NCBI GenBank assembly: GCA_965240325.2 | Contig: OZ251229.1 | Span: 2,046,001-2,110,000 of the forward strand | Direction: 5' to 3' | Source of the DNA: Rebecca billardiae RCC1528 | Lineage: Eukaryota; Protista; Haptophyta | DNA: 64,000 nucleotides | Part shown: piece by piece, positions 33,714 to 43,237 of the stretch | Layout: every line of letters starts with the position of its first letter | Numbering within the stretch: the first letter of the stretch is position 1 | Translations under genes and position numbers: made by a program | Notes under the pieces: generated by a model | Told to the model about the DNA's origin: nothing | Databases searched by the model: none | The model's input: the letters and a program-made list of their open reading frames with translations, nothing else

Positions 33714-34466
33714 GAAAGGACAGTGGAAACCCGGGGACTTTGTCCCCGCGCCCCTATCGCGGGCTCTGGCGCGCGAACGCTTTGTCACTACTGGCCTCCG
33801 AGCCGGAGATAGGCGCTCCGTGCACCAACAAAGACATCCCCAGCCGCATGTTGCCACTCGACACCTCGTCTCGCCTCGCGCGGAGCCAACTTGTGGTGTG
33901 CGGGAGCCACCCGTAGCACACTGGGCCGTGTAGCGACGCGCGTGGCGGGTCAACAGTGCATCGCGAAGGCGTCGCACGCGCAATCCGTTGAGTACATACT
34001 CATGTCTGTCCCATGGCACGTCGTGCGCCGCCGTGTGCGCCGATGCACTCCCGACTCGCGACGCGCCGCGTGCAGCACAGCCTGTGCTTCGGGTAGCTCC
34101 CGCACACCACAAGTTGGCTCCGCGCGAAGCGAGACGAGGTGTCGACAGGCGGTGCATGACGTGCCATGGGACAGACATGAGTATGTACTCAACGGATTGC
34201 GCGTGCGACGCCTTCGCGATGCACTGTTGACCCGCCACGCGCGTCGCTACACGGCCCAGTGTGCTACGGGTGGCTCCCGCACACCACAAGTTGGCTCCGC
34301 GCGAGGCGAGACGAGGTGTCGAGTGGCAACATGCGGCTGGGGATGTCTTTGTTGGTGCACGGAGCGCCTATCCCCGGCGCGGAGGCCAGTAGTGACAAAG
34401 CGTTCGTGCGCCAGAGCCCGCGATAGGGGCGCGGGGACAAAGTCCCCGGGTTTCCACTGTCCTTTC
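33714..34466. repeat. Palindrome with ~319-bp arms; spacer contains a partial extra arm copy
   Basis: 33714-34032 is the reverse complement of 34148-34466; 34082-34144 resembles 34259-34321. Confidence 0.9.
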
Positions 34467-34708
34467 TGTTGGCGGTGTCGCAGAGCGACCCGCCGGCCGT
34501 TACAGGGCCATTAGAAGGCGGTGGTTTCGTCGGGGCTCGAGACCTCGCTGTTGCTTGTTGCAATGCAAAACGACGAATCTGGCCGCAATCGTCGGCCGCG
34601 GGCGCGTGTTGCCCGCTGCGGTACCGCCGTGGGCGCCGTCGTGGCCGCTTCCGTCGGGCTGGCCGAGGGCACGCACGAGCGGTCAGGCGCGGCCATCACG
34701 AGGAGGCA

Positions 34709-37700
34709 ATGGCCTTAGAGCCACCCCTCGCTGCAGCCGGTCCAGAGCGCACATCGCCAGACGTGGCCCTGCCTGCGCACGCGCTGAGCGTCCTCCTGCC
34801 ACCGGCGCATGCTGATCCGTCGGCCAGCGCGGCGGCGGCACTCCGCCGTGCCTCCTCGCCAAGCCGGTTGCCCCTCTCCTCGCACGGGGCCAATGGTCTG
34901 GACTGCGACGTCACGGCCCGCGCTGACGCGCAGCAGGCGCGCGGGCTTCTGCTGTCGCTGCCGTCGTCGCCGCCCGGCCGCAGGGCCCGCGGCCTTTCGC
35001 TGCCCTCGCCCGCCTCTGCTGTGCCCGACGATCCAGACATCCTGGAGCACGTGCCCTCGCCGAAGCCCGCGTCAGCGAGCCGCCGGCTCTCCGCCTCGCC
35101 GCACCTCGCCAAGCAGTTCTGGCTGCACGAGGCGCGGAGGCTCGACCAGCGCGCGGGGCGTCGCCTTCAGGAGTGTCGGCGGCTGCGCGGCGCGTGGCGC
35201 CGTTGGTGCGGCTCGCGCGAGCGCGGCGGCGAGATGCTCGGGCGCGCGCGGGCCGCACAACGCGCGCTTGCACTGCGCGAGCTCTCACACGCGCTCCGCC
35301 GCTGGGCGCCGCTGGGCGCCGCGCGCCGCATCGGCCGCCACTTGCAGGCGAGTGCGCAGCGCCGAGCGCTGCGTGCGTGGCGCAGCAGGGACACCGCAGG
35401 AGCGCGCGGCGCCGGCAGGCTGAGCACGGCAGGGGGCGCGCGCGCCTGCCGCGCGGCGGTGCAGCGCTGGGCGAGCTGGGCGGCGGCGCGCGCGGGCGCG
35501 CGCCGCTGGCACGCCGCGCGCCGCGCGCTGCTCCCGCCGTCGCACTCGGCCACAGCGGCTGCGCTCTCGCGCTGGCAAAGGCTCAGCGCAGGCGGGCGCG
35601 CGGCGCGCGCGCGCGCGTGGCGCGGCGCGTGCGCGCACGCGCTCGGGCGGCTCGCGCTGCGGACGGCGGAGCTGCGCCGCCACCGCGCGCTGCTCGCCAA
35701 CGCGCACGACCGCGCGCGTGCGTGCGTGCGCGCGGCGCTGCGCACTCTGTCGGCGGTGGCGTGTGAGCGCTCGCAGCGCGCTCGCGCTCAGGCGGCCGTG
35801 CGGCCGCGCGCCCGCGAGCGGTCCCTGCAAGCGGCCATTGGCGCATGGGCCCAGGGCGCGGGGGCGCGCGCGGCTGCGCGCGGCGCCGCGCAGCGTGGCG
35901 CGCAGCACGGGTGCCGCGCCGCGCGCGAGCGCGCGCTGATGCGCTGGCGCCTCGACGCGCTCGACCTCGCGGCCGCGCGCGCGCAGGCGGCGCAGGCGGC
36001 GCGTGCGCGTGCAGTGAGAGCTCTGCGCTCGCGCGCGCGCGAAGCGCAGGTCTCGGCGGCGCGGCGCGGCCGTGCGGCCCTCGCGCTGCGGCGAGGCGCG
36101 GCGCGCGCGTGGCGGCGCGGCGCGGCCGCGCACCGCGCCGCCGTCTGCGCCGCGCTCGCCTCGGCGTCCCGCCATGCAGCTCCGACCGTTGGCGAGACCG
36201 CAGGTACCGCAGGTACCGCAGATACCGCAGATACCGCAGATACCGCTGAGGCGAGACCGCCGGCGTCGGGCGGCGCGTCGGGCGGCGCGGAGGAGCTTCG
36301 AGCGGCGTCCTGGGCGCAGGCCGGCGCCGGGGCGCGGCCGTGCGGCGGGGATGGCGGCGCCGCCGAGGGCGCGTACGACGCCTCCCGCCACGTCCCCGCC
36401 AACGGCCGCCTCGCGCGCGACGGCGCGGAGGGCGAGCGTCGGGACGCCGGCTCGGCGGAGGCGCGCGGTGCGGATTCGAAATGGAAGGAGCGTGGCGGCG
36501 GCAGCGGCGGCGTGCACAAGGCCGGCGGCGAAGGAGACGCGCGCGCGACGGCCACGCCGCCCGCGCTCGAGCCTGCTGCTGCGGCCGCTTCCTCGCCGCC
36601 CGCTGCCAAGCGCTGCACCCGCTCCGACCCGTCGGCAGCGGAGCTCGCAAGCGCGCTGCGCGCGCTCGCGCGGCGCGGCACGCGGCACTGGGACAGGGCA
36701 GCGCGGGCACGCGCGCTGCTGCGCTGGCGCGGCGCAGCCCTCGAGGCGTCGGCGGTGCGCACGCGGGCGGCGGCGCGCGCGCTCGCGCGCGGCGTGCTCG
36801 CCCTGCGCTCGCGCGCGCTCGCTGCGCACGCAGCGGCGCGCCGACGCGACGCCGCGGCGGCCATTACTCAGCGGAGCAGCGCACTCGGTGCGATGCGCGC
36901 GTGGCGGCGCGGCGCGGCCGTGCGCGCGGTGGCACGGGCGGCGGTGGAGGCGGCGGAGGCGGCGGCGATCCACTCGGCCTCGACGAGGCCTGCGGTCGCC
37001 TTCGCCGCCGCCGCCGCTGAGGCTGCCCCCGCCGCTGCTAGCGGCCGGCACGCATGCGCGCACGCGATCGCAGATGACGCCGCTGCCGGCCCTGCGCCCG
37101 CGGCGTGCGGCGTGGCTGTGAAGGCGGCTGAGCGCAGCCCGCCGCACGCCCAGCGCTCTGAGCTGGCTGCGCTGCCGTCGGCCGACGGCGAGGTCGGTGC
37201 CACTGAGGGTGCTGAGGCGGCGGCAGCCGTCAGCAGGTCAGCCGCGGCAGCCGTGGCCGCGGCGATGGTGGCTGCGGCACTGGACATCGCTGTGGCAACA
37301 GCGGCCGAGGCCGCCGGCCTCAGGCCGGCCGCAGCCGAGGCCACCGCCCCGCGCACGGGCGCGCACGCGCACGCGCACGCGCACGCGCAGAACTTGGGCG
37401 GCCGGGCTGCGCTGCGCTCGACGTTGGCTGCGGCACGCCCAGAGCTGGCGTCATGTGCTGCCGCGACGGGGGGCGTGTGGCTGGAGCCGGGGGCGGAGTG
37501 CGAGGGGACGGCGGCACCCACGCCGAGCCAGCTCGCCGCGGCCGAACGACTGCTCCTGCACCGCTCGATGAGACGCGCGATGTGTGCGTGGCGCGCGCAC
37601 CGCCGCGGCGCGGGCGCGCTCGCGCTGGCGGCTGCGGTGGGCGCGCTCGCAGATGGCGGCAGCTGGCACGCCCAGCGCGTGCGCCGCTCGGTCGCGGCGC

Positions 37701-39436
37701 GGGCGGACGCGGCGAGCCGGCGGCGGCAGCGCGAGGCTCTGGCATTGGCCGTGCGAGCGTGGCGCGCGCACGGCCGCGGCGCGGGCGCGCTCGCGCTGGC
37801 TTCGGCGCTGAGCGCGCTGAATGACGGTGGCGCGTGGCGCGCGCAGCGCACGTCGCGCAAGGCGTCGGCCAAGGGCGCGTCCGCGGGGCGGCGGCGCGCG
37901 CTGGAGGCGCAGGGCCGCGCGCTCGGCCGCTGGGCGGAGGCCGCGGCGCGGCGGGGCGCGGAGGCGCGCGCGAGGGCCGCGCACACGCGCCGGCTGACGC
38001 GTGCCGCGCTGCGCGCTCTCGCGAGCGCGCGGCGCGTTAGCGGTGCGCGCGGTGGCAGCGTGCGCGGCGCGCGCGCGCAGCTGTCACGCGCGATGCGCGC
38101 GTGGCGCGCGCACAGCCGCGGCGCGGGCGCGCTCGCGCTGGCGGCTGCGGTGAGCGCGCTCGCAGATGGCGGCAGCTGGCACGCCCAGCGCGTGCGCCGC
38201 TCGGTCGCGGCGCGGGCGGACGCGGCGAGCCGGCGGCGGCAGCGCGAGGCTCTGGCGTCGGCCGTGCGAGCGTGGCGCGCGCACCGCCGCGGCGCGGGCG
38301 CGCTCGCGCTCGCGGCTGCGGTGGGCGCGCTGAATGACGGCGGCGCGTGGCGCGCGCAGCGCACGTCGCGCAAGGCGTCGGCCAAGGGCGCGTCCGCGGG
38401 GCGGCGGCGCGCGCTGGAGGCGCAGGGCCGCGCGCTCGGCCGCTGGGCGGAGGCCGCGGCGCGGCGGGGCGCGGAGGCGCGCGCGAGGGCCGCGCACACG
38501 CGCCGGCTGACGCGTGCCGCGCTGCGCGCTCTCGCGAGCGCGCGGCGCATTAGCGGTGCGCGCGGTGGCAGCGTGCGCGGCGCGCGCGCGCAGCTGTCAC
38601 GCGCGATGCGCGCGTGGCGCGCGCACCGCCGCGGCGCGGGCGCGCTCGCGCTGGCGGCGGCGGTGAGCGCGCTCGCAGATGGCGGCAGCTGGCACGCCCA
38701 GCGCGTGCGCCGCTCGGTCGCGGCGCGGGCGGACGCGGCGAGCCGGCGGCGGCAGCGCGAGGCTCTGGCGTCGGCCGTGCGAGCGTGGCGCGCGCATCGC
38801 CGCGGCGCGGGCGCGCTCGCGCTGGCGGCGGCGGTGGGCGCGCTGAATGACGGCGGCGCGTGGCGCGCGCAGCGCACGTCGCGCAAGGCGTCGGCCAAGG
38901 GCGCGTCCGCGGGGCGGCGGCGCGCGCTGGAGGCGCAGGGCCGCGCGCTCGGCCGCTGGGCGGAGGCCGCGGCGGGGCGAAAGGCGCTGGCACGCGCGGT
39001 GTCCACGTCCGCGGGCGATCAGCCCAGCCCCGCGGCTGTGGCGGCTTTGTGCGCGTGGCGCCGGCACGCGCGTGCGCGCAGTCCGCGCGCCCTCGAGGCG
39101 GGCATCGTGTGCCTCAGAGCGCAGCGCACGCCTGCGCGCCTCTGCCGGCGCTGGCTGTCGACGTGGCGGCATGCCGCGTGCGCTGCGCACGAGTTGGCCT
39201 CCGCACGCGCAGCCATGCAGAGGCGGCACTCGGGTGCGGGCAAGTGGCGCTTCGACCGCGCTGTCCGGCGCGCGAGTACAGTGGGCGTTGGCGCAGGTGG
39301 CGGCTTGCACGGCGCCGCCACCCGTCGTGTCCGCGAGGCGTGCTCGCGCGCGCTGCATGCGTGGCATGTGCGCGCACGCATGGTCGCGACACTCAAAGTC
39401 ACACGGACGGGCCCAGTGCCCCAGTCAAGCAAGTAG
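34709..39436 (+). CDS. Ala/Arg-rich protein with periodic Trp repeats, Sfi1 (centrin-binding)-like
   Basis: 4.7-kb open frame with many (L/M)xxW(R) motifs such as RAMRAWRAH and ALGRWAEA; best ATG at 34709. Confidence 0.65.
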   Translation: MALEPPLAAAGPERTSPDVALPAHALSVLLPPAHADPSASAAAALRRASSPSRLPLSSHGANGLDCDVTARADAQQARGLLLSLPSSPPGRRARGLSLPSPASAVPDDPDILEHVPSPKPASASRRLSASPHLAKQFWLHEARRLDQRAGRRLQECRRLRGAWRRWCGSRERGGEMLGRARAAQRALALRELSHALRRWAPLGAARRIGRHLQASAQRRALRAWRSRDTAGARGAGRLSTAGGARACRAAVQRWASWAAARAGARRWHAARRALLPPSHSATAAALSRWQRLSAGGRAARARAWRGACAHALGRLALRTAELRRHRALLANAHDRARACVRAALRTLSAVACERSQRARAQAAVRPRARERSLQAAIGAWAQGAGARAAARGAAQRGAQHGCRAARERALMRWRLDALDLAAARAQAAQAARARAVRALRSRAREAQVSAARRGRAALALRRGAARAWRRGAAAHRAAVCAALASASRHAAPTVGETAGTAGTADTADTADTAEARPPASGGASGGAEELRAASWAQAGAGARPCGGDGGAAEGAYDASRHVPANGRLARDGAEGERRDAGSAEARGADSKWKERGGGSGGVHKAGGEGDARATATPPALEPAAAAASSPPAAKRCTRSDPSAAELASALRALARRGTRHWDRAARARALLRWRGAALEASAVRTRAAARALARGVLALRSRALAAHAAARRRDAAAAITQRSSALGAMRAWRRGAAVRAVARAAVEAAEAAAIHSASTRPAVAFAAAAAEAAPAAASGRHACAHAIADDAAAGPAPAACGVAVKAAERSPPHAQRSELAALPSADGEVGATEGAEAAAAVSRSAAAAVAAAMVAAALDIAVATAAEAAGLRPAAAEATAPRTGAHAHAHAHAQNLGGRAALRSTLAAARPELASCAAATGGVWLEPGAECEGTAAPTPSQLAAAERLLLHRSMRRAMCAWRAHRRGAGALALAAAVGALADGGSWHAQRVRRSVAARADAASRRRQREALALAVRAWRAHGRGAGALALASALSALNDGGAWRAQRTSRKASAKGASAGRRRALEAQGRALGRWAEAAARRGAEARARAAHTRRLTRAALRALASARRVSGARGGSVRGARAQLSRAMRAWRAHSRGAGALALAAAVSALADGGSWHAQRVRRSVAARADAASRRRQREALASAVRAWRAHRRGAGALALAAAVGALNDGGAWRAQRTSRKASAKGASAGRRRALEAQGRALGRWAEAAARRGAEARARAAHTRRLTRAALRALASARRISGARGGSVRGARAQLSRAMRAWRAHRRGAGALALAAAVSALADGGSWHAQRVRRSVAARADAASRRRQREALASAVRAWRAHRRGAGALALAAAVGALNDGGAWRAQRTSRKASAKGASAGRRRALEAQGRALGRWAEAAAGRKALARAVSTSAGDQPSPAAVAALCAWRRHARARSPRALEAGIVCLRAQRTPARLCRRWLSTWRHAACAAHELASARAAMQRRHSGAGKWRFDRAVRRASTVGVGAGGGLHGAATRRVREACSRALHAWHVRARMVATLKVTRTGPVPQSSK
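37580..38978 (+). repeat. In-frame 513-bp tandem repeat, ~2.7 copies
   Basis: Near-identical units with period 513 (e.g. 37834, 38347, 38860). Confidence 0.9.
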
Positions 39437-39836
39437 TCGTGACGCGATGACGACTCATCAGCATCATCAGTCATCTGCGCTCTCGTCTAATAATTCATCA
39501 TCATCACGACCGCATATATATATATATCGTCGGCTATATATCGTCGTTATCGTAGACGCGCGTAGTCGAGTCATCAGCAGGTCGTAGTCGTCGTCATCAG
39601 ACATCATCATTAGCGCGCCGATTTATTAGCGCGCTAGTACGTCGCCATCACGACGTATGCAGCTCGTCGAGAAGTCACTCCGCTGAATCAGCATCAGTGC
39701 GCAGTATATAGTGTCAATAACGGGACGATAATCAGTGATCCCGATCAGACATCAGCAGCGGCATCATCATCATCATCAGCAGCAATCAGCATCGAGATCA
39801 GAGTAATCCTCATCACGGACACGGCGCGCGGTCATA

Positions 39837-39950
39837 TCATGATGATGCCGATGCACCAGCAACGCCAACGCCTGAACGTTGACCGCCGCCCCCACTCGGC
39901 GCGCCATCTCCGGCGGCGGCCCGTGCAGCACTGCTCGCTGCAGCCGCCGC

Positions 39951-39981
<31 letters not shown>

Positions 39982-41385
39982 TCGGCCGCCATCCGCTCGC
40001 TCTTCTCCACGACGTCAAGGAGGAAGCTGTCAAACTGCGCGTTGCCGCGCGCGACGCCGATTGCGCACCGCGCCGAGTTGCTTGCCTGCTCGACGCCCTC
40101 CATGGAGGCGAGCTGCATCGCCTGCTCGAAGTAGTGCTGCGCCTCGTCGTACTCGCCCTGCAGGTTTGACAGCATCCCGAGCTGCCGGAACGCGTCGCCC
40201 TTGCCCCGGTTGTCGTTGAGCGTGCGCGCGAGCTGGAGCTGACGCTCGGCACACGCCTTGGCGGTTGGAATGTCTTCGACGGATGCGGCCTGGCCGAGGT
40301 TGCCGCACGCGAGGGACTCGCCGGCGAGCGAGCACATCCGGATGGCGTAACGCAGCGCGTGCTGGTGGTTCTGCACCGCCTCCTCCGCCATCCCCAGCGA
40401 GGCATAGCACAGCCCCAGGTTGACGTGCGCAATGTACTTTCCGGGAACGTCCGCGACCGACAGGTGCTTGGTGTGGTACTGCACGGCCCCGCGCACCGAG
40501 TCGGCGCCCATCAGCTGGTAGTCCACGCCGATGGAGTTGCACGCGAGCGCCTCGCCCATCGTGTCGCCGGACTCTAGGCAGCTCTCGAGGAAGTGCTTGT
40601 AGCACTTGATCGCCTGCGGGCCGCGGGGCGCGGATGGCGGGGAGTCGGCGGCGGCGCGGTGTCACGCCTCGGCCTGCGGCAGCGGGGCCCTCGCCGGGAA
40701 GGCGCGCGCGCGCGCTCTGGCGTACGCGAGCGGTGGCTGGCGCGCGAGGCGCTGGGCGCGGCGCGCGCGGCTCGAGGGCGCGCACCTGGGCGTAGTCGCC
40801 CACGTTGTCGAAGAGCACGCCCTGCTTGAACGCCTGCACGCCGGCGACGCCGCCGTAGCCGGCGCGGCGCGCGGACTGCGCGAGCATGGCGAAGTCCTTC
40901 ATGCGCTCGGCGGGGGGCTGCTGCGCGCCTGGCCCGCTCACGAGCCCTCGGCGCGGGGCTTTCTTCGCCACCTTGGCCGTGAGCTCGGCGATGGCGTGCA
41001 TCGAGGTGAGACCGCCGTCGCCCTCAGCCGAAGCCTTCAGGTCGACGCGTGCCGGGCAGTTGTACTCCGGGGGCGGCTCGACGCGGAGTGGCTGCTTGAC
41101 CCGCGGCATCATCGACTGGTGCGCGGGCGCGTGCGCCGCCGGCGGCGGGCCGGCGAAGAACGGGTCTTCGTACGCCTCGTCGTACTCGGCCTCCAGCCGC
41201 TCAAACACCTCAGGCGGCGGCGAGGGCGCGCGCTTCTCGTTCGACATCCAGCGAGCGGGCGTGCGCGCGCGCTGCGTGTCCGAGGCGTTGGCGTTCGCTG
41301 TCGACGACGACATGAGCCGGCTGATCGTGTCGATCGGGGCCACAGCCGGCTCATGGACATCTGACCCGCTCACGAAGAGCGACAT
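39837..41385 (-). CDS. Tetratricopeptide-repeat protein
   Basis: Exons 41385-40786 and 40613-39837 with a GT-AG intron. TPR motifs EALACNSIGVDY, IAHVNLGLCYASLG..EEAVQNHQHAL and DAFRQLGML..GEYDEAQHYFEQAM. Confidence 0.85.
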
Positions 41386-41658
41386 GCTGCTGGGCCCCTT
41401 CTCGTGCTGCTGGCGAAACTGACCGCTGCTCCAGCCAGTGCAAAACAAGAGGCGGAAAGGAAATAAGGAATGGAAAATGGCGGGCGGGGTAAAAAAACCG
41501 TTCTTGTAATGGGAGTTTTTCGTGCGCGCGTGAAAAAGATCTTCGCAGGCGCGAGCGCCGAGCGGTCGCCGCAGCGGCTTGTCGCTTGAGCATGATCAGC
41601 AGTTTGAACAGTCTCAGCTAGTCGCAGATGAGACTGGCGCTGAGACGCCTGAGTCATC

Positions 41659-42077
41659 CAGGGCTCAAAGATCCGGTGCTCGGTGGCGCCGGTGTACCGG
41701 TACACCGGTGCGCGCACCGCGGGGGGGTCCGGGGGGGTGTCCCCCCCCCGGCCCGGGGCCCCGCCGGCCCGAGGCGAAGAAAATTTTTGGGCCTATTTAC
41801 TGATAGAAACAGCCCAATTATTATTGGACGAATAAATATCGGCGGCGTATTCGCCTCCCGCCCTGAGAGTGCCAGCCGAGTGACTCCGACCTCGGACACT
41901 GACAAGTGACGGCTCCGCGTACTCCGCGTACTCGCGGGTGCTGTGGTCCGGGCCGCGCACACGACCCCTCCCGGACTCTCACCGGTGCGCGGCAGTTTGT
42001 GGCGGTGCATACCGGTACGCACCGGTACGCACCGGTACGGTATTTACCGGTGTCCGGTGTACCGTCTTGGAGCCCTG
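41659..42077. mobile_element. hAT-type MITE, 419 bp
   Basis: TIR cagggctc(a/c)aaga. 8-bp TSD gagtcatc at 41651-41658 and 42078-42085. Subterminal accggt repeats. Confidence 0.9.
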
Positions 42078-42295
42078 GAGTCATCACCTACTGGCTACTG
42101 TAGTCAGTCTTGAAGGCTATGGGGGGTAGTCAACAACTCAACACCGTGTCAGAAGAGGCAGAATAACGCCCCGGCGCCCAGGCAGTCTTACTCTGCTAAG
42201 TCTGAGAATTTAGTGAGTAGGCAGTAGCTTAGCTGAGACCTGAGTTGAGTGAGTACTGACTCTGACAGAGACTCTGAGTACCCCGCGACTATGAT

Positions 42296-43045
42296 TCAGG
42301 CAGTGTCCGAATCTGGACCTGCTCCAGGCCGCAGCAGCGCCAGAAGCTGTTCAGCTGCGGACGACTCCCAAAACTCGTCGTATCGCACGATCCTTCCTTG
42401 GCGGGCCGCGTCGTAGCTGTAGCGGGTGCGCCCACGGAGCTCGATGCGTGGGCGCCACGGCAGGTTGATTCCGCCGGACATGCGCCAGCGGCACTCGATG
42501 CAGTTGGATGCCTTGTCGAGCCGGGCGTCGAAGAGCTCGACGGCGCGGTCGCCGAGCAGCGCGTTGAGAATCGGATCAAGAGCGGCAAGGTTGCGCTCGA
42601 ACGTTGCCAGCCCTTTGAAGGAGAGCGTCGGGTCAGTGAACACGCACTCCTCGTCGTAGAGGTTGGGCGTGATGTCACCCGTGAAGAGGTACTCGCGCTC
42701 GAGGAAGTCTGCTCTGAGGCCATCGAGCAACTCCTCGGGAGAGACCGGTGGTGAGGTGTCAGCCGCTCGCTCAGCCGCTCGTTGAGCTGCGCGCTCAGCC
42801 AGCGACTTTGGGGGTGGCACAACAGCGTTCACCACAGACGTCAAACCGCCGACAACCTGTTTCACCCACGGCGGGGACTCGTCATAAGTCGCCTCGTCTG
42901 GGAGGCTCGTCATCACGACACTGTGTAGCAACGACGCTCGCAACACCCCCGGGCGGGGCAGCGCCGCGGCCTCTGTCGGCGCCAACAGTGCGGATGCAAG
43001 CGCAAGGGCCGCGATCGCGCGGGCGGCGCGAGTCGCGCTCGCCAT
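42296..43045 (-). CDS. DUF2358/NTF2-like protein with N-terminal targeting peptide
   Basis: LRADF..YLFTGDITPNLYDEECVFTDPTLSFKGLATF..RWRMSG..LPWRPRI..G.TRY..IVRYDEFW; hydrophobic N-terminus. Confidence 0.85.
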   Translation of the reverse strand: MASATRAARAIAALALASALLAPTEAAALPRPGVLRASLLHSVVMTSLPDEATYDESPPWVKQVVGGLTSVVNAVVPPPKSLAERAAQRAAERAADTSPPVSPEELLDGLRADFLEREYLFTGDITPNLYDEECVFTDPTLSFKGLATFERNLAALDPILNALLGDRAVELFDARLDKASNCIECRWRMSGGINLPWRPRIELRGRTRYSYDAARQGRIVRYDEFWESSAAEQLLALLRPGAGPDSDTA

Positions 43046-43237
43046 TCTGCGATGCGGTCCGGTCCGGGGGGCCCCGGAGCTCGGCTCGCTCCCCCGCGCG
43101 GGTTGCCGCCGGGCGACTCCCTGGCCAGCTGTGCCTTGGGACATCGCGCGCAACCGCGCCGAGGACCTGGGACGTGGCTCGTGAGCCTTGCCGCCTCGCG
43201 CGAGTGCCTGTGCGTCAACGAGCAGCCGATATCCGCC

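Noticed and set aside
39437-39836. AT-richer atc/gac low-complexity tract
   Set aside because: Similar tracts occur between other convergent genes here; probably ordinary 3' UTR or termination sequence.
41690-42062. Short accggt repeats resembling a repeat-spacer array
   Set aside because: No constant repeat with unique spacers; they are subterminal repeats of a hAT MITE, and there are no cas genes.
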